Assembly: GCA_047967505.1 (NCBI GenBank)
Contig: CM106538.1
Strand: one strand, 5' to 3'
Length of the DNA stretch: 64,000 bases
Origin: Dipteris shenzhenensis
Lineage: Eukaryota
Below are positions 46,599 to 57,800 of the stretch, piece after piece. The notes beneath the pieces were generated by a model. It was not told where the DNA came from, searched no databases, and saw only the letters and a program-made list of their open reading frames with translations. Numbering within the stretch: the stretch's first letter is position 1; each line of letters starts with the position of its first letter. The position numbers and the translations under genes were made by a program.

Positions 46599-46624
46599 AG
46601 TCCAAAATTAATGAAATAAGTGTT
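46599..46624 (-). repeat. Right TIR of copy B
   Basis: AGTCCAAAATTAATGAAATAAGTGTT followed by AATC. Confidence 0.92.
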
Positions 46625-46628
46625 AATC

Positions 46629-47360
46629 GGATACCATCCAACAACCAGAATGCAGTAGCAAAGAGCAGCTACATCATAATGAGGAAGAAGATGTCTCTAA
46701 TGTGCATAGCAACACTCTAAAATAGAGGAAGGAGACCATCTCAAAGGCAAAAGGCACAGAGCAGGATGATAATTTCTTCAAAGAGCTATTAAAGTCCAAG
46801 GTGCAAATCACATTGGACCAACTATTAAATCTTATACCAGCATTCAAGGAGAAATTGTTTCAAGGTTTGGAAGGAGACAACCAACCCAAGGCACCAGTGA
46901 CTATTATGGAAGACGACGAAGAGGAGTCTCTAGAAATCTATAAATCAATAATAGAATAGGTAAATTAAAGATTTCCCACAATTAATGTATAATACAAAAG
47001 GTAATAAATACCAGATGTCCTGATTGATGGAGGATAAGGTGTTAACATATTATCTGAGGAGTTATTCAAGAAATTTTGCTACAATGAGTTGGCTCCAGCA
47101 CCATTCCAAGTGAGAATGGCTGATCAAAGAAGAATCCAACCACTTGGTATTCTCAGAGGCCAGGAAATTAGCATTTGGCGATTGAGTTGCACTGTTACAT
47201 TTATTGTACTCAAAATGGAAGAGAAAGATAGTTCCTACTCCATGTTATTAGGTAGACCTTGGCTGAGAGCTGCAAGAGTGAAACAAGATTGGGGAGCTAA
47301 GAGAATCACAATAAAAAAAGGTAAGAAAAAGTTTAAGATTTGCCAAACATCTAAAAGAAG
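46629..47360 (+). pseudogene. Ty3/Gypsy-like gag-aspartic protease remnant (right flank of the TIR element)
   Basis: PDVLIDGG*GVNILSEE...APFQVRMADQRRIQPLG...YSMLLGRPWLRAARVKQDWG. Confidence 0.8.
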
Positions 47361-50300
47361 TTTAAGGAAATCTTTAAGGATTTTGGACTTGCTATAAACT
47401 GAGAAGTTGTAGATTTTCCTACAAGATACATTTCTTATGTTTATACTTTTTGCATCGGAGCTACCGTGCAAAAGCTATTGGCTGGTTTTGGGATGCCCTG
47501 AGGTCACTTACAGCAGAACATGTATTTGTGAGTGACAGTGTGGCTGTTGTCATTGCAATTGATATTTTTGGGGCTTGAGTTTGGTACATTGGTGCAGTGT
47601 ATCCTGGTTGTTCTGTCATCCACTGTGATGGCTTCGGCGTCAGAGAATGCATTGTTTAACATTGAGAAGTTGGATGGTACAAACTTCTATTGGAAGGAGC
47701 AAATCTACAATGTTTTGGTGCAGAAGAAGCAAGTAAAGCCTATAAAACACAAAGGCATAAAGCCAGAGGATTGGGAAGATAATGAAGATTGGAAGCAATT
47801 GGATGAGCTTGCACGCTCCACGATCATGCTCACACTTTCAAAATTGGTGTATTTCAATGTGAAAGATACTGAAGGTGGTGCCCAAGGTGTGTGGACAAAG
47901 TTGCATGATCTTTATGAGAAACAGAGTGCCGCTTGTCAAGTGTATTAGCTGAAGAAACTCATAGATCTTCTCATGAAAGAAGGGACTTCAATGTCTAGCC
48001 ATTTAAATGAGTTTAACACAATTTTTAGTCAACTTTCAGCTCATAAAATTACCTTTGATGACTCAGTTAAGGCAATGTTCTTATTGGTCACTCTTCCTGA
48101 AAGGTTGGACACTTTTAGGACTGCTATAAGCAATTCACAGCCCGTGCAGGAGGCCTGACAAGTAGTGATGTTGAGAGTAGCCTTCTCACTAAGGAGGTAA
48201 GTAGAAAGAACAATGCTGGAACTAAAAGTTCAAGTGCTCTCAATGTGAGAGGGAGGTCATATTCCAGGGGAAAATACCACGACAGAAATACAAGCAAATC
48301 TAGAGGAAAATCCCATGCCAAAAAGGATTTGGAATGCTTCTACTGTGGGAAGAAAGGCCATTTCAAAAAGGATTTCTACAAATGGAAGAATGATAAAGGC
48401 AAAGGCAAAGGTAATGTGTAGCCCAAGAAGGAAGAGAAATCCACGGTCAATATACAAGAAGTGAATGCCATAAGAAACAATAGTGATGAGGGTGACATTC
48501 TTTATGCCTCTATGTTTGAGCATGCTTTTCTTATGACTAGTGATGATGCATTGTCACAGAATTGGATACTAGACTCAGGAGCATCTTTCCATGTCACTCC
48601 ACATAGGGAGTGGTTTAGCATTTATGATGCAGGAAGGAAAGGAACTGTGAGACTTGGAAATGATTATCCATGTGACATTGTTGGAGTGGGAGATATCCAC
48701 TTTTCTCTTCCTAATGGTTCTATATTTGTACTCAAGAATGTTAGGCATGTTCCAAATATGAAAAAGAACTTGATAAGTACGGGACAGCTTGATGATGATG
48801 GCTATCATGTGTTTTTTGGCAACAATACATGGAAAATTAGCAAAGGGTCACTTGTGATTGCTAGATGTTCCAAGCATGGAACATTGTACTCAATGCAGGT
48901 GTCAGGCATAAGAGATAATGTAATCAATGTGACCGAGCAGCCATCCATCTCTTTGTGGCATCGTCGGTTGGGACACATGAGCATGACAGGAATGAAGATA
49001 CTTTTTGGTTTGCAGTATGTTCCCGTGTTTAATTTTTTAGATTTTAGCATGTGTGAGCATTACATGTATGGGAAGCAAACACGGCCTTCATAAAAAATCT
49101 TTGGGCAAGAAGAGGCTTGAACCATTGGAGTTAGTTCACAGTGATGTGTGTGGACCTATGCTTACTGTCTCATTGGGTGGTGCTTCTTACTTTGCTACTT
49201 TCATTGATGATGCTACATGGAAGGTGTGGGTCTATCCTCTTCGGAAGAAGAGTGATGTCTTTGATGCATTTCAAAAGTTCTTAGCATTTGCTAAAAATCA
49301 GTCAGGCAAGAATCTCAAATGCTTGCGCACTGATAATGGAGGAGAGCATACCTCTCACGCATTTAAAAATTTTTGTGAGCTATGTGGCATCAAGCAAGAG
49401 TTGACTACTCCTGAGAATCCTTCTCAGAATGGGGTTGCTAAGAAGATGAATAGAACAATTCAAGAAAGGAATATAAGCATGCTTTCTAATGCCAGTCTAC
49501 CTCATGGCTTTTGGGTTGAGTCTATCAAGACAGCAGTAAATCTTATCAATGGATCGCCTAGCAAGCCACTAGATGGGAAAGTGCCAGAAGAGGTTTGGTC
49601 AGGCAAGCCACCATCTTGTGGGCATCTTCGTGTATTTGGTTGTGAAGCTTATGTTCATATCTCTAAGGAAAAATGCAGCAAGCTTGATCCAAAGTCAAGG
49701 AAGTGCATTTTTCTTGGATATGGTGATTCAGGCGAGATGGGATACCGATTGTGGGATCCATAAGCCAAGAAGATAGTACGCAGCCATCATATTATCTTTA
49801 ATGAGGATAAGATGCACAAGAAGCCAGAAAATACTATTGAGATACGTAGAGTGGTGTTTCAAGAGGATGGACAACCACCATATGAGAGGCATACACAACC
49901 TATTCCACATGATAAAGGGCATGGACAACCCATAGATCGTGAGGTGGGAGAGCCACATCTAGGTGGACAACCTCAGGTTATGCTGGAAAATCAGTTGGGA
50001 TAGCAAGATGCTCATGGTGAGCAAGTGTTGAGACATTCCACTAGAGTCTCACGACCTCCACAGAGATATGCTCCATCTCTAGATTATGTCATGTTGACAG
50101 ATTGTGGTGAGCCTTCATGCTTTGAGGATGCTATGCCTAGGAATGACAAGCATAAGTGGGAAAAGGCTATGCAGTCATAGATGGATTCTTTGATGAAGAA
50201 TGCTACTTGGGATTTGGTCTATTTGCCCAAAGGAAAGCATGCATTGCCATGCAAATGGGTTTACAAGCTGAAGATGTCTCTAGCAGATGCATTACCTAAG

Positions 50301-50375
50301 TATAAGGCAAGGTTGGTAACCAAGGGTTTTAAGCAGGAGAAGGGTATTGAATTTGATGAGATCTTTTCCTCAGTG
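47360..50375 (+). mobile_element. Ty1/copia family 3 fragment (related to family 2): leader, gag, PR, IN and start of RT; no LTR seen
   Basis: MASASENALFNIEKLDGTNF from 47628, WILDSGASFH, HSDVCGP, LRTDNGGE and CKWVYKLK, with many stops. Ends at DEIFSSV. Left boundary approximate. Confidence 0.88.
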
Positions 50376-53085
50376 CTGTGACCTTCATTTTGTAGACCCA
50401 TTTACATGGCAATGCTTTCTTTCCATGTGGCAAAGAAACCAAGTCCCAAGTCTTATTCTTCATAAGTGAACTCATCTCTGATTGCATAGCATACTTCCAC
50501 TTGCGTTGATCCTCACGCATCATAGCCTCTCTGTAGCAAGAAGGCTCCCCGCAATCAGTAAGCATCACATAGTCTATCCCTGGAACAAACCTATCAGGCG
50601 GTCTAGACACTCTAGATGATCTTCTCAAGGGCATTTCAGCTTGCTGTCCCACTTGCATATCAGCCACATTTGGCTCATCATTTCCACCAATAGATGATCC
50701 ATCATCTACCCTTGATTGTATACCTGTGGGAGTACTTGGTTGTACCATTTCTTGCACATTTGGTGCATGGACAGCTTGCTGCCTATCAACATATGCAGGT
50801 GGATTCACATCCTGGAAAGTGATTCTCCTCATTTCCACATCCCTCATGGGTGCCTTATGCATCTTCTTCTCATTGAAGACCACATCATGGCTGCGTATGA
50901 TCTTCTTTGCTTCTGGATCCCAGAGACGATAGCCCATCTCTCCACTTTCACCATAACCTAGAAAGATGCATTTCCTAGACTTAGGATCTAGCTTCTTTCG
51001 AAGCTCTTTTGGCACATGTGCATATGCCTCACACCCAAATATACGCAAATGAGAGTAAGAGGGCTTCTTGCCACTCCATGCCTCTTCAGGAATACCACCA
51101 TCCAAACTCTTACTAGGTGATCTATTGATCACATGCACTGCAGTCTTCATTGCCTCAGCCCAAAAACCACCAGAAAGACTTGCATTGGAAAGCATGCATT
51201 GCAACCTTTCTTGAATGGTACAATTCATCTTTTCTGCAACTGGATTTTGCTCTGGAGTACGAGGGGATGTGAGCTCCCTCTTAATCCCATGTGTATCACA
51301 GAAATGCTGAAAGTCATGAGAGAGATACTCTCCACCATTGTCAGTCCGTAGGCATTTAAGCATTCTAGTTGACTGATTCTCAACCAAGGCCAGCCATTTC
51401 TGAAATACCTGGAACACATCACTCTTCCGAGCTATAGCATAAGCCCACACTTTCCTAGTTGCATCATCAATGAATGTCACATAGTATTCAGCCCCGCCTA
51501 ATGACCGTGTAGGCATGGGACCACATACGTCTGAATGCACCAAATCAAGCATTTCAAACTCTTTCTTTCCCCTTCTTTTATGGGCTGATTTAGTCTGCTT
51601 CCCATAGAGACAGTGCTCACAAAATTCAAAATCAGAGAAACTCAAATGCGGTACATAACCCAAACGGCATAAGAGTTTCATTCCATTCTGGCTCATGTGC
51701 CCCAACCTGCAATGCCACAAAAAAGTGCTTGGCTGCTCGGTTATTGCAACAACATGATCAAATACCCCTGATACATGTAAGGGATACAAAGTCCCACACT
51801 TGGCACCCCTGGCCAAAAGCATAGAGCCCTTCTGAATTTTCCAACTCTGAAAGCCAAAAGTGGTGTGAAAACCAGCATCATCTAGTTGACCCACTGAAAT
51901 AAGACTCTTGGTCAGCTTAGGCACATGTCTCACATGTTTCAAAACAAATGCAGACCCATTTGCAAAAGAAAACTTTATGTCACCTGCTCCCACTATGTCA
52001 CATGCATAGTCATTTCCAAGATGCACACAACCTGTCTTTCCACTATCATAAGTGGAGAACCATTCCCTATGGGGAGTAACATGGAATGAAGCACCAGAAT
52101 CCAAAATCCAATCCTGGTAATATGCATCATCTGAAGTGGTAAGCAACTCTGCAGATAAACTATACATGAAGAGAACATCATTGTCACTATCACGTGTGAC
52201 TGCATTGATCTCCTCGATCTTCACTTTTCCTTTGTCCTCCCTTGGACTCTCTTCCTTTTGATTTGCACCCCAATTTGCATTCTTTTTCTTATCCTTTTGC
52301 TCTCTTTTCAGCTTGTAGCAATCCTTTTTCATATGGGCCTTCTTGCCACAATGGTAACACTCAATGTTCCGTGCCCTAGATTTGCTACGTGACTTCCCTC
52401 TTTCTTGGGACTTCCCCCTGAACTGTGATCTGCCCCTTTGCACATTTAAGGCTGCATCCTGCTTGTTGCCATCCATAGACTTCCGTCTAATCTCCTCGGC
52501 CAACAAGCTACCCACAACATCATCAAATTTTAGTACTCCACTAGGTGCAGAGTTACTAACAGCTGTACGGAAGGTATCCCATGAGGATGGCAATGAACAT
52601 AAGAGAAATATTGCCTTAGTCTCCGCATCAAAATTCATCTTCTGAGCCTGAAGCTGGCTGAAAATAATATTGAATTCATTCAAGTGAAAAGCAATGGAGA
52701 CCCCTTCCTTCATCCTCAGCTCAAACAACCTCTTCATGAAGTAAACTTTATTAGAGGCAGTTTCCTTCTCATAAGTGGCACACAGTTTCTTCCACAAATC
52801 TTCCGTAGTCTGCTCATTTACTACTGTGAAATAAACTGACTCTGCAAGATGAAGTCTAATAGTAGACTTTGCTAATGCATCCAACTCATTCCAATCATCC
52901 TCAGACATATTTGCAGGCTTAGCTTCAATCCCTGCCAAGGGTTTAATCTGCTTCTTTTGAATAAGCACATCCCTTATTTGTTCTTTCCACAAAGAAAAGT
53001 TTGTCCCATCAAACTTTTTAATGCTGAAAAACTCCTTTTCAGGCATGGAAGAGGATGCCATGATGCAAATAAAGCAAAATCCCAA
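50329..53085 (-). pseudogene. gag-pol: Copia gag-protease-integrase ORF, C-terminally truncated (likely start MASSS at 53061)
   Basis: Open 918-aa frame with CYHCGKKAHMKKDC, WILDSGAS, HSDVCGP and RTDNGGEY. The last residues derive from the junction. Confidence 0.9.
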
Positions 53086-54670
53086 ATGCTAGTGCCTGCA
53101 AGAGAGAATCACACCAAATACCAAGTGCACCCAAATGTGTATGCCACAATAGAGTGAAATATCACCAAAACTCAAAGCTCAAAGCATCAAAAGATGCATC
53201 TGACTCATGTGCATATACTATGCATCCATATGAGCAAATCTGGCCCAAAAGGAAATGCCAATAAGTGCCAAATGACTCAAGCATAAACACCGTCCACTGG
53301 CATATGCATCAATAATATCTCATCCAAGAGAGCATAGCACTATCAGTGCATCACTTGCAATGTGTCAAAGCTGTCCCTCAACATAAAATAGCATCCATGT
53401 GCAAAGCGTCCATAAAAAATAGCATCCCACAAGGCAATTTGGGCCTATCAGCGCATCCAACAAGGACCGCAATGCATCCAAATGGCCTATAAATCATCCA
53501 CTGCAACCCAATGCATACCACGAATGAGTGCACACTGCTCAAACTGCAACCAGAGTGATCTGCATAAGGTATGCTCAAGAAATCATAGTCCCACGGTAAT
53601 GAGCGCTACTGAAAATAGAACCTGAGATGCCTCAAAACATGGGCGCCATTGCATAATCGGACTCAGCAAGAAAATATGCAAATATCTCTCTTCTGCCAGA
53701 ACTCCAAAATCCCAACCGATGAGTGAGAAACGGGAGTCAATACTTATCCACTGCCATGTGGCATAAATCTAAGGTTTCAAAACCTTAGAATGAAAAATGC
53801 ATAACAGAGAGACGAAATCGAATACACAGAGATTTATAACTCTGAAAATCCTCCACCGAATCACGCAAGAACTGATAGGTAGGGGTTTTTGGGCGTCCGG
53901 AATGCAATGGGACAGACGGTTTTGGAAACCGTGGTCTCAATCACTGGGTCCAACACATGGACTGAAAAACGTTTTTTGAAACAGAGCTATCTGTAAACTC
54001 CACCGGAGTGCGAATGATGAGCAACATAGAAGTTTTAGGACTCCTGAGTCCACCGGAACTAACAGATCTGCAAATGGTTGCTCCAAACTTGAGTTCCAAC
54101 ACCCGGGCAAAAAACGCAGAAACTGACACTGTGAGTCAGAAATCCACTGAAATGATCCCGGATTCAAGAATAAAGGTGTTTCCAGGCTCCTGAAGTAATG
54201 TGGATACCAAAAGCAAGCAATAGTTGCCTCTACAAGTCAATACGGAGTCTCTGTCATCGAACGGAACAGGGAAAAGCTCAAAAAACGACTTTTTCTTTGA
54301 AAGCTCTTAACAGGCTCTCAAAACCACTTCGTAAAGCCAAAGTGACTTTTCCAAAGGTTCCTCCAAGGTCTCTGCACACTTGGATGCAAGTAAAGTCACC
54401 CACAAAGCTTCCCACAGAGCTTCTCCTTCCTCCCACAGAGCTGCTGAGCTTCCAGCATTCACGCACGCTCAGCTAGATCACCCGGGCTCTGATACCAGTT
54501 GAGAGTGCTCTCAACGGAAGCAAGAAGGGAAGAAGGAGAGAGAGAGATAGAGAGCCACACAAGTTTCGGTGGGTGCAGAACCACCCTAATCTTCTTTTTC
54601 ATTCATTTATATATGTGTTTGAGTATTGTACATAACCGGGGTTAAGGCACAGTGACCTTTAACCCCCACA
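50376..54670 (-). mobile_element. Ty1/copia family 2, copy A: 5' LTR (54500-54670), PBS, gag-pol truncated in RT
   Basis: LTR homologous to 54868-55040, PBS (reverse complement GCTCTGATACCA at 54486-54497), long leader, and a 918-aa ORF broken at CKWVYKMKVT. Confidence 0.93.
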
Positions 54671-54867
54671 GGGGGTGCATATTCTTCAAGCGGAACTTCA
54701 AAAGAAACTGTCTTCTACTCAAATGCTGGAAGAGGTAGAGGCAGAGGTAGAGGAGGCCGATCTGCAGGCCGTGGTAGAAATCAGAATATGCAGCAAACTC
54801 AAGAAAACCAGTCCTATGCAGGAGGACGTGGTAACTCTAGAGGCAGGGGGAGCTAAAGAGGCCGTGG

Positions 54868-57800
54868 TGAGAGTGCTCTCAACGGAAGCAAGAACGGAAG
54901 AAGGAGAGAGAGAGAGACGGAGAGCCACACACGTTTTGGTGGGTGCAGAACCACCCTAATCTTCTTTTTCATTCATTTATATATGTGTTTGAGTATTGTA
55001 CATAACTGGGGTTAAGGCACAGTGACCTTTAACCCCCACAACCTCCCACTTAAAGGACAATGTGCCTTTAAGGGAGAACAACCAGTGAGCATACTATCCA
55101 ATGCCCATCAATACACGACAATACTCAAACCGCTGACTAGGTAGACTCTTCGTCAGCATATCTGCAGGGTTATCATCTGTATGAACCTTGACAAGCTCTA
55201 TGCGCTTGTCCTCAAGTACCTCCCTGATGAAATGGTACCTGACCTCGATGTGTTTGGTCTTTGCATGAAAGACCGGATTCCGTGCTAGCTGAATAGCACT
55301 CATGGAATCACTATGCAATGTCGGTACACCTGTATGAATCCCCAAATCTCCCACTAGCCGATCAAGCGATATAGCCTCCTTGCAACCCTCTGTGGCTGCA
55401 ACATACTCAGCCTCTGTGGTAGACAAAGCAACGCACTTCTGTGCACAAGACATCCACGACACTGCACCACCTGCAAAGGTGAACACATAACCAGAAGTGG
55501 ATCTCCTACTATCCACATGCCCTGCATAGTCTGAATCTGTGTACCCAAGTACACGCATGTCTCCTTTACCAAAGCAGATGCACATCTCCTTGGTACCCTT
55601 CATGTACCTCATGATGCACTTAACTGCCTCCCAATGCCTCTTTCCTGGATTAGCCATATACCGGCTAACAACTCCCACTGCAAATGCAATGTCTGGTCTA
55701 GTAGCTATCATAGCATACATAAGACTCCCAACTGCTGATGCATAAGGAACCTTGGCCATCATGGCCCTCTCCTCTTCTGATTTGGGACTATCTGTATGAC
55801 TCAGTTTCACATATGGAGGCAATGGAGTACTCACTGCCTTCCCCCCCTCCATATTGAAACGCTGCAATACTTTTGTAACATACTCTTTTTGTGAAAGCCA
55901 AAGGAGTTTCCTACTCCGATCACGTGTGATGCGCATACCAAGAATATGACCTGCAAGTCCCAAATCCTTCATATCAAAGGCTCATGCAACTTGGCCTTTA
56001 ATGCATCTAGCTCATAAGTATTCTTGCTAGCCAATAGCATATCATCCACATATAGTGCCAGGATTATGAGGCTATTATCCTTAGCCCTTTTAGTGTAGAG
56101 GCAGTGATCAATTTCACTCCTTCTAAAACCCTGGGACCGAATGAAAGCATCAAACTTCTGATACCATTCTCTAGGCGCTTGCTTAAGACCATAGAGACTC
56201 TTCTTTAGCTTGCAAACTAAATGCTCTTTGCCCTTTTCTTCAAAGCCTTCCGGCTGAACCATGTAAATTTCCTCATGCAAATCCCCATGCAAGAAAGCTG
56301 TCTTGACATCCATCTGCATAAGCTCCATATCCTCTATTGCCACTAGTCCAAGCATGCATCTAAGTGTGGTCATCTTCACAACCGGAGAGAATATCTCATC
56401 AAAGTCCACACCCTTCTCTTGCTTGAACCCTTTAGCAACCAATCGGGCCTTGTACCTAGGCACATCATCACCTGTGACCTTCATTTTGTAGACCCATTTA
56501 CATGGCAATGCTTTCTTTCCATGTGGCAAAGAAACCAAGTCCCAAGTCTTATTCTTCATTAGTGAACTCATCTCTGATTGCATAGCATACTCCCACTTGC
56601 GTTGATCCTCACGCATCATAGCCTCTTTGTAGCAAGAAGGCTCCCTGCAATCAGTAAGCATCACATAGTCTACCCCTGGAACAAACCTATCAGGTGGTCT
56701 AGACACTCTAGATGATCTTCTCAAGGACATTTTAGCTTGCTGTCCCATTTGCATATCAGCCACATTTGCCTCATCATTTCCACCAATAGATGATCTATCA
56801 TCTACCCTTGATTGTATACCTGTGGGAGTACTTGGTGGTACCATTTCTTGCACATTTGGTGCATGGACAGCTTGCTGTCTATCAACATATGCAGGTGGAT
56901 TCACATCCTGGAAAGTGATTCTCCTCATTTCCACATCCCTCATGGGTGCCTTATGCATCTTCTTCTCATTGAAGACCACATCATGGCTGCGTATGATCTT
57001 CTTTGCTTCCGGATCCCAGAGACGATAGCCCATCTCTCCACTTTCACCATAACCCAGAAAGATGCATTTCCTAGACTTAGGATCTAGCTTCTTTCGAAGC
57101 TCTTTTGGCACATGTGCATATGCCTCACACCCAAATATACGCAAATGAGAGTAAGAGGGCTTCTTGCCACTCCATGCCTCTTCAGGAATACCACCATCCA
57201 AACTCTTACTAGGTGATCTATTGATCACATGCACTGCAGTCTTCATTGCCTCAGCCCAAAAACCACCAGAAAGACTTGCATTGGAAAGCATGCATTGCAA
57301 CCTTTCTTGAATGGTACGGTTCATCTTTTCTGCAACTGGATTTTGCTCTGGAGTACGAGGGGATGCGAGCTCCCTCTTAATCCCACGTGTATCACAAAAA
57401 TGCCGAAAGTCATGAGAGAGATACTCTCCACCATTGTCAGTCCGTAGGCATTTAAGCGTTCTACCTGACTGATTCTCAACCAAGGCCAGCCATTTCTGAA
57501 ATACTTGGAACACATCACTCTTCCGAGCTATAGCATAAGCCCACACTTTCCTAGTTGCATCATCAATGAATGTCACATAGTATTCAGCCCCGCCTAATGA
57601 CCGTGTAGGCATGGGACCACATACGTCTGAATGCACCAAATCAAGCATTTCAAACTCTTTCTTTCCCCTTCTTTTATGGGCTGATTTAGTATGCTTCCCA
57701 TAGAGACAGTGCTCACAAAATTCAAAATCAGAGAAACTCAAATGCGGTACATAACCCAAACGGCATAAGAGTTTCATTCCATTCTGGCTCATGTGCCCCA

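Larger units (their letters stand above)
28936..46624 (+). mobile_element. TIR DNA transposon copy B, 17,689 bp, both ends present (Sola-like)
   Basis: Perfect 26-bp TIRs at 28936-28961 and 46599-46624, TSD AATC at 28932-28935 and 46625-46628. Contains the transposase, cargo genes and repeat arrays, and splits a Gypsy gag-protease remnant. Confidence 0.93.

Noticed and set aside
541-46624. One 46-kb foldback element with 10-12-kb TIRs
   Set aside because: The flanks differ (AATT versus AATC), whereas the TIR at 28936 gives an exact AATC TSD with 46624 and rejoins the Gypsy remnant. Two separate copies fit better.
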